Assembly: GCA_964247055.1 (NCBI GenBank)
Contig: OZ176050.1
Coordinates: forward strand, 10,540,001 to 10,604,000
Direction: 5' to 3'
DNA length: 64,000 nucleotides
DNA from: Paragordius varius
Taxonomy: Eukaryota; Animalia; Nematomorpha
Shown here in pieces: positions 13,795 through 27,400 of this stretch (the stretch's first letter is position 1; each line of letters opens with the position of its first letter). The notes beneath the pieces were generated by a model, which saw only the letters and a program-made list of their open reading frames with translations, was not told the origin of the DNA and did not search any database. The translations under genes and the position numbers were made by a program.

Positions 13795-14724
13795 TGAATG
13801 ACCCATTGTGCTAAAACCAAAAAGGTTATTAAAATTTATCGTTTGCGGGTAAAAACATATGAAACATGCACATCGATTAACACATGTGAAACATGGTTTC
13901 GAAATATTAAAAGTTGTAATTTCTGTTGTGAGGATGCTCTGGTAGACTGCACAACTGCGAAGACACTTAAATGCAAGGGTTACCGGCAGAATCATTACAT
14001 GCGTAGCAAAAAACAATCTATAGATGTCTACGAGCAATGGGAAAGACTAACGAACCCGGTAAATTTATCCACAGTTTGAATAAACGTCAAATGGAAAATT
14101 GCAAATTGACTTGTAAAATCCTGTTTCTTTGCACGAAATGAAATCTTTTTTGCATTGAATTGAGACGGGTGATGTGTGATGGTTTTACTTTGTTATTTCA
14201 AAGCGGAAAAAACGTCACTTCAATCTTCCCAAGCCGTTCCATCCTCAACAAAGCCAAATAGCTTTGGCAAAACATTATCCTCAATGTCTTGTGGAACCAG
14301 AGGTTGAATTATAAATTCTTGAAGTTACCTAAAATCGTTAATTCACAACACTTAACAAATACCTATTTCAAACCTTGAATTAATCGAAAAAGAACCGGAA
14401 TGAGCAGAAACATTGCTAAACAATTTTGCTACATGACATCGCGCAAAACTGATAAAAGACACCTTCTCTCTTGTGAGGAATTTTTCCCTCATCCGCTGAC
14501 TCTCCTGACACGGCGCGTCAGCTTTTTAATAATTTCAAAAGCGTTGTAAAATAGCCCGAATGTTTACTGCAAAAGTCAATCAGTTTTTTCTGACACGTTT
14601 TTTGTATACCGAGCAAAATGCGTAGACGCCGCAAGTACCATATTTTGAATAAAATAAATAATTGATTTTCCTCAAAAATAACATGTGTTATTACCAAAAA
14701 ACCGGTTACTTAAAAATACACCTG
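13795..14724 (+). mobile_element. Degenerate mariner transposon, 5'-truncated
   Basis: INTCETWFRNIKSCNF (mariner WFxxF motif), LHDIA (~14430, cf. LHDNA) and PHP..SPD (~14490). Right TIR AAAACCGGTTACTT..ATACACCTG ends at 14724. Confidence 0.75.
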
Positions 14725-15249
14725 ATAGGATATTTTTTGGACCCCCAATTTAATATGTAAGATATTTATTTTGATGTAATATTTGTAAGATTTTTAATGT
14801 TAAATTTTATCGGAAATCTTATATTGTGTACGGGTTAAAAGCATGGGACGAATCCGAAAACTTTCGTCTATGAGAAAGAAATATGTTAGGTTTTGGTAAA
14901 CAACTTTTTCAGTACGAGTGGGTATTACAGAAATATCAGACAGATAAGTATTTTTTACAATCCTTATTAGAGGAAGGGGTGACAAAAATAAAATTATATT
15001 ATTAGTTTAATTGAAAAAAAATATTTTTATAAAAATTTAAAAAGCAATTACTTCACCACAGTACATCGTTGCAAATTAAGACTGGGAACTATGGTATATT
15101 ACTCATAGCAACCTAGAAAATTTTGAGTATTTATAAAATATTTATCTTGATATTTGTTTGTCTAAATATTTTAAACTTATCTATGTATGAAATTCTTTTT
15201 TTTCGTTTTTTGAAAGATTGGCGATAGATTTGGAGGTGAGAAGTCTATA

Positions 15250-17030
15250 ATAATAATTACATTATATGATATCACTCTTTCGAGCGGTCATATCCGTAAA
15301 CTATTACGCCATAGAACCCTGTCTAAGGCGTCTTCGCGTTTTAGGTTCAGTTTTGCCATGTCCCTCTTAACTGTATCTATCCATCGCGTTTTAGGGCGCC
15401 CTTTTCCCCTCTTGCCTTTTACAATATAATCATCAATCTTTTTACCAATGTAATTTTTATCTCTTCTTTCAACATGTCCAAACCATCTTAAACGATTTAC
15501 CATCATCTTTTGCGTTACCGGTTTGATTTCCGTTTCCTCTTATGTAGACATTCTTCACCTTGTCATTCCTCGTTACACCGCACATCAATCTAAGCATTCT
15601 TATTTCAGTAACCTCAAAGTGCCTCTCTTCTGATTTCTTTATTGCCCATGTCTGTGAGTTGTACATCATTGTTGGTTGTACAACAGCACTGTAAATCTTA
15701 CTCTTTACTTTTAGGTCAATATTTTTGTCGCACAAAACACTTGAGATCTTTTTATAATTTGCCCAACTATTTCGAATTCTTAAATTAATATCAAGTGTTA
15801 AAGAGCCATCAGCTGTTAATATCGCTCCTAAATATTTGCATTCTTCCTGACCTTTTAATACCCACCCTTCTTCTAATTCTATTTCTCGTTTTTTCCCGCC
15901 AAAATTTATCAGTTCCGTTTTCTTTTTGTTAACTTTTAATCCGCATCGTCGTAACACATCAATCCATTTACCCACCGATTCTTTTAATTCATGCAACTCG
16001 TCGGACAGCACTATTAGGTCGTCTGCATAAAGAAAATACCAGCCATCATGTTGCCCTACTTCTTTTGAAATTTCGTCCATGCATATTATAAATAATAACG
16101 GGCTGATTGCAGACCCCTGATAGACCGCTTCGTTTATTTTAATAGGACCTGATATTCCCTGGTGTGTTTTAATTTTGGTTTGGTGTGATTCGTACATGCT
16201 TTTTAAGATCTTTATGTAACTTTCAGGGACCTTTTTCCGTCTTAAGCTCCACCATATTGTGCTCCGGGGTATTCTGCCAAATGCCTTTTCAATATTAATA
16301 CAAATACCATGCAACTCCTTTTTCATTTCTATATGCTTCTCGATTAGCCTTCTTACTGCGTGAATCGGATCAATGGTGGATTTTCCTGGAATAAAACCAA
16401 ATTGATTACCCTCTATACTAACCATTTTTCTCATTCTTTTTTCTAGTACTTTCTCAAATAACTTCATTGTATGCTACATCTATCTTATCCCTCTGTAATT
16501 ATTACAATCATTAATATCTCCTTTACCCTTGAAAATGGGAACAGTGAAACTCTCCTTCCATTCGGTTGGTATCATACCTGTAGTAACTACATTATTAAAA
16601 ATATCCACTAAAAATTCAATACCTTTCTCTGACAATATTTTCCAACAGTTTATGTTAATATCGTCTGGACCTGCAGCCTTATTTATTGACATCTCTTCTA
16701 AACCAGCCTAGACTTCTTCTTTTGTTATACTTTCAATATGCGCAGATTTATAATCTGGTGTTTCGGGTAAACTTGTTTCACTGACGCCCAATTCAAGGTC
16801 CTGGAAATATTCTTTCCACCTTTTCAATATTTTCGCTTCCTCACCGAGTAATTTGTTGTTTTTATCTTTAATAGCTGTCGCGTAAGGGGGCAAGTTTAGC
16901 TTTCTTCTGTGTCTTTGTCGAGCAATTTTAATAACTTTGTTTAAACCTTGCCTACTGTTTAACTCTTCATATAATTATGCCATCTTTTCTTTTTTGACCA
17001 ATCTTACAAGCCTTTTAAGTAAGCCTAAAA
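15250..17030 (-). mobile_element. RTE-clade non-LTR retrotransposon, disrupted RT ORF lacking the endonuclease
   Basis: KAAGPDD, WKESFTVPIFKGKGD..NYRGI, QFGFIPGKSTID, FLYADD, LRWFGHVERR..GKRGKGRPKTRW. It is split over four ORFs by stops and frameshifts. A short (TAA)-like tail at 15250-15260 abuts a 20-bp direct repeat. Confidence 0.93.
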
Positions 17031-17170
17031 TCATATATATAGGGTTAAAACAGTTTCTAAACTTTTCAAGTTTTTCCATAAAACTACTGTCGGAAAAAAT
17101 ATTTAAACAAAAAAATGTTTCGATAAAAATGTTTTTGATTAAAAAAAATTAATAAAAAGATATTAGAAAA

Positions 17171-17241
17171 CAGGGGTGTCTAACCAAATGGCTTCGCGGG
17201 CCGCACAAAGATACTTGGCATGCCGAGTTGGGCACCCGATG
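17171..17241. mobile_element. ~70-bp hAT-like mini element
   Basis: Left end CAGGGGTGTCTAAC, internal CGCGGGCCGCA and right end GTTGGGCACCCGATG form an imperfect TIR pair of the CAGGGGTG type. Confidence 0.45.
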
Positions 17242-17561
17242 AAATTATTATAAAATTCCAATATGAAGTGTTAAATGACATTTGAGATAAAAATGGTATT
17301 TTATTTTTATTTTTAATATTTCATCCGTAACTATAGATTTTGTAAGTTAGCCGCAAATAATGCGAATACATTTCAAATTCCAAAAATATGAGTTTTAAAG
17401 AATAAATCAGTAATGATTGTGCACTGGAATATACTTGAAAAATGGTCATTCAATAATTGTGTTTATATAAAAAAATAATATCCTAATATTACGCTGATAA
17501 TGGTTGAAAGTTATTTTTATGTCTTGTTTTGATATTTATTATCAAAAATAAAACCGTTTTT

Positions 17562-17749
17562 ATTGACTGGGAAAACGTTTTTATTGATTGGGAAAATGTT
17601 TTTATTGACTGGGAAAATGTTTCTATTGACTGGGAAAACGTTTCGATTGACTGAGAAAATGTTTCGATTGACTGGGAAAACGTTTCGATTGACTGGGAAA
17701 ACGTTTCGATTGATTGGTAAAATGTTTCGATTGACTGGGAAAACGTTTA
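17562..17749. repeat. 21-bp minisatellite, about 9 copies
   Basis: Unit ATTGACTGGGAAAA(C/T)GTTT(CG/TT), repeated head to tail without spacers. Confidence 0.95.
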
Positions 17750-18619
17750 TTTAGAATGGGAAATGGTATATATAAATATATATCAATTAATAAAAATGAA
17801 ATAAAATAAGATACGAATCCTAAGAATTTCGAATTGGAATATTTTACTAAGGTAATTTCGTGCATTTTTTGAATGAATGAAAACTGATAAAAAGAATAAA
17901 CTTGGAAAATAAATAGATAACAATGGTAATTATAATAGTTGTTATAAGTAATAAGAATTTAGAATTTTTCGTTTGTGAAGTGGTCGAACGCGCGCGCGTA
18001 ACAACAGTTGATTGGAGGTGAGAAGTCTATACATTTAATAAATTCCTTATAATGGTCTATTTATCTTTTTCTGGTTTTGGCCCTTACGAATGTTAAAAAG
18101 TGTTTAAGATTTTTTGGTAACTACTCCACATCATAAAATGGCGAAATTAACTAACGTTTTGTTAAATAAATTTTTTGGTATGCTTCATACAAAAATCTCT
18201 AAAATATATCATAAATAAATGCAAAACAATATTTTTATAAAAATTTTATTTTTATATTTGGGCTTCGAAAATGTCAAATTTTTGACCTGTCTAAAAGGGC
18301 ACAATCTGTTAAAATAAATGCAAAAGAGCCGAATCGGACGATTAATGTTTTAACTTGCTATATTTTAACATCAAGAAAACTTTTTTATGTATTTTCCTTA
18401 AAGATTTAGTTTACGGAATTTTTATGAAGGGAGTTTTATGGTATTTGTGTTTTCGGAATGGTAATTGGCAATCTGATTTAGAGTGCCCTATGTAACATAA
18501 TAAAGTACATGGAAGTTTACATAAAATATAATATAAATGGTAAATCATGTTAAAGCTTTTATAAACAATTACCTATTAATATTATCTTTCCCCTATTGTA
18601 AGGCTAAAGGGCTTTCGTT

Positions 18620-19900
18620 GGCCTTGTGAAAAATTAGATGTAGGTGCTGTTATACTCGGTGCCGTACTTGAGTTGCTATCATGCGTTAGCATGCCTATCG
18701 TCGTTGATTAGGTTTCAAGATCTGTGCTAGAGATATTTCTTCTGAAGTAATTGGTGTTTCGGGTTTAAGCATTTTCATTCTCGGACCTTCCATTTTTTGT
18801 TTTTAATGATCAGCGGGTGTTTCTAAGGACTCTGTCGGTTTTGCCCTTTACCACATTTGTCACCTGACCTTCATCATTTTTCAGCTTAATTTTTTATATA
18901 AAAACCTTCTGCCTTAGAACGAATAGACGAGTCAATTGTCTTTCATGATCTATGACCAAAATTGTTTGTGAGTTGGGCGATTTATTATACCATTTTAATA
19001 TTTTTTCAGAAAGACCTTAGGTGGAGTATTATAATTACACTCTGTCTGGAGTTTCGATATCCATATAAAATTGTGTTCATTTCTTCGTGCATGCATGGTC
19101 TCAGTTTTGTAGCACTATATCCAAATTTTAAGGTAATACACTTTTGTTGGATCCATTCCAATTGAGTTAGCTACGATGCGAACACCATGCTTGGTTCGAC
19201 AGTACTTGGTAAAATGATTCTACTAACCACGCTTGTAACAACGTTGCCCATTTGCATTCCATTTGTCAATATGATGTCACTTTCCACATAGTTGAAAATC
19301 TCTTTGCTCTGTAACTCTTTCTTGTTAAATTCACTTAATTGGTTCAATCAAGTCGAGAAATCGTGTCATGTCCACCATCATCTGCAATGTCACAGGCTAA
19401 TCGTGCTGACCTGTGGGAATTCGAAATTCTCTTTCAAGGTTTTATTTATCCCTATTAAGAAAACTTTTACACGTTGCCTTCAAAATTACTATCTTCGATC
19501 ACTTTTAGCTTTTCAACGGAGGTAATGATTGATTCGCCTTCACGTCTTGTCGTTTGTAAATCGTTTCTGATGAACGTACACTATAATCAGGGGCAAAGAT
19601 TTGATATGCCGATTTTCGAATTTGGACCATGTTTTGTCTTTTTTTATAATCGGAGAGGCTTAATTTTCTGATTTCGAGATTTTCTTAAATACTGCACACG
19701 CAAGGAATAGGTTATTTAATATTTCATTTGTATCGTTTTTACCGATTAAAATACGATTCAGCTTTAAGTGTTTGCAATTTGTGTTGAATCTTTCTGATAA
19801 TGATTCTGAAAATTTTATTTTCCTGAGCTCGTTAAAGCATGTTGGAAACGGTATAAAATCAGTTTTAAATATATATATACACATATTCTATTTGATTTGA
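18620..19900 (-). mobile_element. Degenerate Ty3/Gypsy-like LTR retrotransposon gag region
   Basis: The minus strand gives RREGESIITSVEKLK (gag Q.xGES motif) and ANGQRCYKRG**NHFTKYCRTK, a broken CCHC knuckle. Many stops. Confidence 0.45.
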
Positions 19901-20739
19901 TGATCTCCTCAAAATTTTAATAAAAATGTTCGTCTGCATTTAAATTTAGTAAGTTTTTATAGATCAATTTCATCATAAATTTAAAGACGAACAAATATAA
20001 TAACACAATTCGAGGTGAGAGAAACAGATCTTAAATATATAAAAGGTGCTTTATATTATTTTAAAGCTTATTTATACCGTTTCAATCATTCCTCAAAATA
20101 GTAGTAAGTAAAATCGCCAATTTTTTTAAATTATTGAAAAAAGCTTGTTTTTTAATTAATCTTGTATATTAAAAAATTATCGCGAAGTCTCGAAATTTTT
20201 CTGTTTATTTTGATAGAAATAGCCCATTTTATAAGGGGAAAAATTAAACACTTTGAAGCCCACATCTAAAATTAAAATACTATAAGTTTTTACTTTTCAT
20301 ATATAGCATGTCATATATTTTGATGGTATTTTTTGGAATAAAGCATTATTTGGCTTTAACCAAAAAAATATGAAACATAATACTCGTTAATTTTGTGCTT
20401 TTCCGATATTGAGCAATTACCATAAAAATGCAAATGAGTTTTTTATATCCGTAACCAAAAGTAACGATCCTGATACATCCATCACCTTATAAAATTTTAT
20501 CAGGAATTTTTTTACTCCCGATTTCGGACGCATAGTTTATGCATTATTTAGAATTTTTTTTTGATTATTTTAGTAGTCTCAAATTCCAAGCCAATATTGG
20601 TTATCTTTATTATAAAACATTTTAAAACAATATACAAAGCGGTTAAATTTATATAATTTTATTCTAATCAATAAATATATTGGTCTATATTTATCGGTTT
20701 GTTGTAAAAAAATTATTCACATTATACACTTTTTGATAT

Positions 20740-23700
20740 ATGTCTCCAATAGAGATGAATGTAAAACAGCCATCTAAAATTCCAATACTTAAAAGTTCTC
20801 TGCGGTCACCTTTATTAAATAAGGGACTGGAAGAATTGCATGCAAATTTTGAATCACCTAAATCTAAAAAATTAATTCCTAAATCTAAAACATCATCATC
20901 CATACCCTCAACTCCAAATAGTCTAGTTTCCAATACGAAAAATAAGATACCAATATCACCATCCATACAATTTTCTAACCTAAAGAAATTAAGGATTAAT
21001 GAAAGATTAAATATTGAAAATAAATCCCCAACATCTCAACTTAATCAGGATGAAGAGACTGAAAATGCTATGATTGATAAAAACTTGGAAGAAATGAAAG
21101 AATTAATTCAAAGAATTTCTTTTGATAATTTACACATTAATAAGTCACCAAAGTTACATTCAAACAGGTATATTTATATATTTTTGATTCATTAATCTAT
21201 AATTAGCTTTATATTAATACGATCATATTAAGTGACTTAATTTGAAAAAAGTTTTGATAAGTTTTTTTATTTACATACTTCATATTTTCTAGGTTTAGGG
21301 CAGACGAAACTAATTATGTAAACTTTTAAAATATTACTCAACTTACTACAAGTCAAAATAAAAATAATTTTAGATGCCTAAATTTAGTCTTTTAATAAAG
21401 CTAGGATTTTAGATACAACATTTTACAATACATCCGAAACATATTGTGCATGACCGATTTTAGACCTGTTACCTGCAAAATATTTTTTTAAATATGGATT
21501 TGTATGGAAGATAAAAAATTTTTTTCATATATTAAAAAAATACTAAAAATTAATTTTTTTAAGAAGGCGATATTTAGACAATTCTAAATTGCTTTAGGTG
21601 TTATTAAATAAACTAAGGTAAAATTAGCTATCAAATACATTATGGGGCGATAAAATTTTTGAAAGACAACTTATTTAAATTTCAATAAAATTTAGCTATT
21701 GATGCCTTATAATATATATCAAGGCGCATCTAAAATTTAAAAAAAAATTTGTTTGGCATTTTATAAAAATTGGCCTGAATTAATCAATTCCTTTTGCTTT
21801 TAATCTTTTTAAAATTTATGTAAAAAATGAGCTCTGTACCCATTAACTAATTATAAATCTATTTTATTTACAAAATTCCGTGGTTTAAACTCTTTAGCTC
21901 TGAAGAAATGATATTAATAAAAACCCTCTATTATGATGTTTGGTTATAAAAATATTTTTAATAGGTGGCGATATTTTCATAAATTAAGAAGATTGATCGA
22001 ATGTAAGGATCAAACTTAAGTTTACAAATATTATTATTTAATTATACTTTTGATCACATAACATTTTGAAAAATGTTTTAGATTTATAAAATATTGTAAG
22101 CTTTTTAATTATAATCTTATTACATCTTTATACATTTTAAGTATGATATTGAAATAAATTTTGATTTTTTTTCTATAAGCAAATTGGTATGAAATAAGTA
22201 TTTTATGGCAGAAATGAGCTCTTTACGCAATAGGAACGGAATATTTGTAATTAAGTCTGACCGCATAATAATGCTAACCGGTAACTACAAAGGCTCAAAA
22301 TAAATGTTTTATATTTTAATTTATGCCAAAATTCCATCCAAACATATTTAAATCTATAAATTATTTATTAACTTTATTTTATTATTTATTCTCCGTTTTA
22401 TAGAATTATAAAAGTTAAATTTTTAAGATATATTACCTTTTGCAAAACAGATATTAGCTGTCTTGACCGTATCGTAAATGTATGCATGATAATTAATATA
22501 GACTTGCAAAATTTAGCTAGCAAGAATAACATAGCCCAAAGAATTCATATTTACATTTGGCCCAATATATCATTATTTTGTTAAAAGCAACATTTTTTCA
22601 ACCAAACGAACTTCATCTAAACGCAACATTTTTTATTCAATCATGGAAAATGTTGCGTTCGTTTGAAAAAATTGCGTTTGGTTGAAAAAATGTTTGTTTA
22701 ACTGAAAAGTGTTATATCACAAATACTTTAACATTTGAATTTAGTATTAAATTGTTAAATAATTACGAGGAAAATAAGAATTCTAATTTTTACATGCTTT
22801 TTTATATTATATATATTTTTAGGATATTTCATAATTAAAGTTATTAATTTGGCTTGTTATTTTTAGCCCGATCACCATGATAATGAATGCATAATTAACA
22901 CTTCGATTTAAATTGGGGTATCTAAATACCCCAGACTAAATTATAGTTAGGATTTATAAAAAACTACTGAAGGAAACGGTCCCAATTTAAATTTATGCTT
23001 CTATCCTGATATAAATTATATAAATATGACAAAATATCTTGATAAAATTTTGTTTTAAAAAAAAGTTTTATCTCAAACTACTTCGACGCCATTTTTATTT
23101 TACAAAATTTTTGCAAAATATCGTCTTTATTTAGTTTTAAGGGCCGAACTAAAGCTAAATTTTAATATAAATTACATCTAACATTGATAGAAATAGATAA
23201 AGCGGTTTATTTTGTATTATTTTTTAATTTTACCATTTGACACATGTCACGTTGACGAAATTTTTACCTTTCGGTTTTAGCTTAAAATAAGTAATAGCAA
23301 GTATATTTGAATAAAATTTTATATATATTTCGGTTTATTAATGTTAGATAAGTGCAAAATTTTGCCATGGTTTCGATTCCTTCTATATTTTTTAAAAAAT
23401 TTAATTTTAACAGGCCTGGGGTATCCAACTACCCCAATTTAAATCGAAGGACTAAAATGAGTGTGTTGTATCCAAGTGTTAATACAACACATTTATTTCA
23501 ATTCTTCGATTCAATTGGGGGTCGTTAGTGACATCAGGCCTGTTTTTTATTATTTAAAAAATATGGAATAAATTGAAACCATTGCAAAAGTTTGCACTTT
23601 ATAACATTGATGTATCGAAATATAAAAAAAGGATTTATTAAAAAAACTTTATATTACTTCTTTTTTAGATAAACCAGAGAACGTAAAATGTACCCATATG

Positions 23701-24413
23701 ACAGTGTTAATGATATTAATTAAAAATGGCACTGGATTAGTTTGATAAGCTTTTTTTAAAACAAATTTCAGATATTTATATAATTATTAGGATAAAGGCA
23801 TAAATTTATGTTGGAACCGACCCTTTCAGTGGTTTTTTACCAATATCGATTTAAATATGGTTTGGGGATACTAGTTACCCTATTTTGAATCGAAGTATTA
23901 AATGGCTACAAGAGAAGATTAATACTTTATTTCTGACATTACCTCAATCAATATATATTATTTGGGGTGAATAATTTGAAAATTTAGCTGTACTAATTAA
24001 TTGATTGATTTATTTATTATTTGCAAAGAATCGGATAATTCCAAAACTTTCAATCCTATTTTTTATAAAATTTATTGATACAATTTAAACTTCATAAACG
24101 TAATAATATAATGATACATTTTTAACAAATATTTAAAAGTTTAAAAGATTTTTTATCACGTTAAAATAACTTTTCTTTTAAAATGTATAATCTTAATAGA
24201 TTTATCGTGTACTTGTGATATATAAGTCTTTTATAGTTAATACACTAGCTAACTAACTCCTATTATTATTCTATATATAAAGATGCTCTATTTTCTATTG
24301 TTTGTTTTGCAAACATTCTTAACGCTAAACTTTTAAATATATTTTTAATTAATTCTTTTTTTAGTATTTTAAATATATTTTCTGTCATCTCTGCATATTT
24401 ATGCGACAGAACT

Positions 24414-24465
<52 letters not shown>

Positions 24466-27400
24466 CATGTATATATTGTTTTTAAAACTATAATATGAGA
24501 TTTACTGCACACATAAAACATTATTTGATAATAGGATTATTATTTTAAAACTTTACCTTTTTTACTTATTAATTTTTTTATAATCCTTCCTGTCGGCGTT
24601 CCATTGTTTAATTAAATGATTAAATAGTAGGCGAATTTTTTTTTTGGAATCATATTTACTTTTTTTACTTCATTATTATTATTATAGATCGTCAACAACA
24701 AACTCTTCCACTAAAACTTCTCCAGTTACAAAAATTGGTTGTTCCAATACTCGATCGCGATTAAATTTGTCATTTTCTCCGCCTATATCTTCACCAAATT
24801 CTCTATCACAACCAACAAAAACAGGAAATCTTAGTAGTGGCAAAAACAAAAAAAATTGTACTGCAGGAGCAAATAAAACATCTCTTTTAACAAGAGCTAC
24901 TAAGAAAACGAGTTCAATACCTTCGCCTGCTTCTGGTTTTATGACATGTTCGCCGCTTTCTAATTCAACGCATTCACCATCATCCTCAGTCATCAGTTTA
25001 CGAAACAAACCGGTGCCACGAAGGCGCTCAGAAACGGTTCTAAATCACAAAATCGATTCAAAAACAGAACGATCAAGTCTAAAATCTCTAGCAAACGAGG
25101 ATGAATACGTAACTTTTGATCAAACGGAATACACTAGCATATTGAGTGAAATAACAGAGTTGAAATCCCAATTATTAGAGCTGCAACAATGTTTAATGCA
25201 AGAACAACAATGTCATTACAGCGATGAAATGATGGAAGAATTTAATGATGCGCCGAAATCTCCGCTTCTTAGTGACTCGCTTAATCGGATCAATAACATT
25301 AGTCAATCTTCATCTTATTTAGAGGTAAAATTATTCTATTTATACAGATATATATTAAAGACATTGGGTGGAGTGAATAAAAAAAAGGAAACACTCTTTC
25401 CTTAGCTTTTTTAAGAGATTCCTTAATTTGAAGTGAATAAAAAGCTAAGGAAACCCTAAAAAAATTAACATTAGATTTTTAAGGAAACACTTGTTTTCAA
25501 GTGAATAAAAAAATTTATTAAAGGAAACCCTACATATTTTTTAGGATGCTAAATACCATCCTTAAATATTTATAAATTTTATAACAATCGATAGTAGAGG
25601 ATCAAACAAGGCAATTAGAGCTAATATGGTTTTGATATTAGATTCGATAAGTTTAAATTTCAATTTTCAAAGCTATTTTTATATATTTTAGATTTTTCTA
25701 GTATATTTGGAATACAGTGTAGAAAATAAATGTTTGCTCAACGATCTTAGATAAAAAACAAAAAAACATATAAAATATGCATGAAAATCAATTATGTATG
25801 AAACAAATTCTACGATTTAATAATCAACCAATAAACTTTATGACAAAATACTTTTCCCTGATTTCGATTAAAGAAGAGGAAGTCGTGAGGCGACAAAAAC
25901 AAAAATTTTTTAAGATTTGCCGCAGATCCCGGGAATCAAATTTCTATTAAGCTAGTTTTTGGGGTAAACATTTTAACAAATATCATTTCTTATTGTATGC
26001 AAGCCTCAAAAAATTTAAGTCAATCAGTTTCTTATTGATTCTTGTCAAATGAAAATTTCTATAAAAACTTTTATTTTATCATAAAAAATGTATAAATAAA
26101 CTTTAATCTATTTATTATTTAATATCATAAAATTTAGATTGTCATAATAATTCAAAAATTCTTCCGATTCTGTGCGATCTTAAGAATTTAGGAAAATTTC
26201 CTCCGATTTGGTGCGATCTTTTATGACAACGTTTCTCTATTATTTAAATCATATTTTTTTGATTGAAGTTTTCATATCTATCGCTATATCTGATGTATCA
26301 CATAATAATTCTTAGTTTGTGTCAACAAATCATTTTGTAGATTTTTATAAGCTTCTTTTTTTGAATTACAATATATAGTACCATAGATTTGTTTAACTAT
26401 GGGATATCTAAATTATTAAATATTAAGTTACTTGCAAGAAGAAGTATCAATTTTTCTTTAGGTACATTTCTATCGGTTTTAGGCATGGTTTAAGGAAACT
26501 CGAGAGTTAATCAGATGTGTTTTTTATATGAATTATAAGGAAACCCTTTCTTTGAAAAAGTGAGCATAGGAAACACTTAAAGGGTTTCCTTTTTTTTATT
26601 CACTCCACCCATTTTCCTTCTGAGTTGTTTAAGCTTGAGTGTTTAAATATAGAGTAATTCAAAAAATATGCTTATTAAAAAATATTACCTATAATATTTA
26701 TGGTAACTGACCTCCCCAATACTATTTTAAATTGAAATGATATTTTGATATTATATATCAAACTCATCTTAAAGAAAACCAATCTAAATAATATAATATG
26801 TCCAACAATCATACACTCTTAAATTGCCCCCCCTATCCTTCGCGTAAACATAATGATCATACGTTCAATAAAATATAGAGTAAACTAAACATATTATTGT
26901 TGTTTCTGTGGATTTTTTAATATTTTTTTTATAATTTAATAGACCCATATAATCAATAATATGGCTGTTTATTGTACATTTATCATTCAACTTCCATTAA
27001 TTTTTTTTTGTGTTTACAGCTCATAGTTATTGAATTATCTGGAACTGTGGTGCATAATATAAAATAATTTTTAGCCAAGAGCAATAGATCTGTTTAATAT
27101 TAATTCCAGGAGTGGAAGTTGGTTTCGGTTCGCATATTTTGCAAATGGCGTTTTGTTTCATCAGATTGTTTTATGATCAAAAGATTATAATTTTGATCAA
27201 ATTTTTTTGATCTAATATTAATAATTAGTTGCAAAAACATAAGCAAAGTTATAACTTTTGTTTGGCCAATTTTACAGTATATATTTAATGATTCGAAAAA
27301 AATTAGAAAAGTATTAGTTTATATAATATTCCGATCCATGATTTGCACACTATATTTGGTATTTTTGGAAATAACTCTGCATAAAGTGCTTATTTATTTG

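Larger units (their letters stand above)
15230..18031. repeat. 20-bp direct repeat pair TTGGAGGTGAGAAGTCTATA (15230-15249 and 18012-18031), probable target-site duplication
   Basis: Exact 20-nt match. The left copy is directly adjacent to the LINE 3' tail. Confidence 0.75.

Noticed and set aside
17562-17749. Possible CRISPR array, or coding repeat protein (ORFs 17563-17754 and 17623-17865)
   Set aside because: The repeats abut with no unique spacers, there are no cas genes, and the context is eukaryotic. The periodic peptides simply reflect a 21-bp unit.
21292-21316. Possible extra small exon (RFRADETNY) in the coiled-coil gene
   Set aside because: It would change phase and no compensating exon was found. 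Direct splicing of 21167 to 24688 is already in phase.
24682-25008. Antisense ORFs over coding exons (also 20691-20966, 44067-44258, 52784-53071, 55662-55913)
   Set aside because: Shadow frames of real exons or of Helitron Rep on the other strand.
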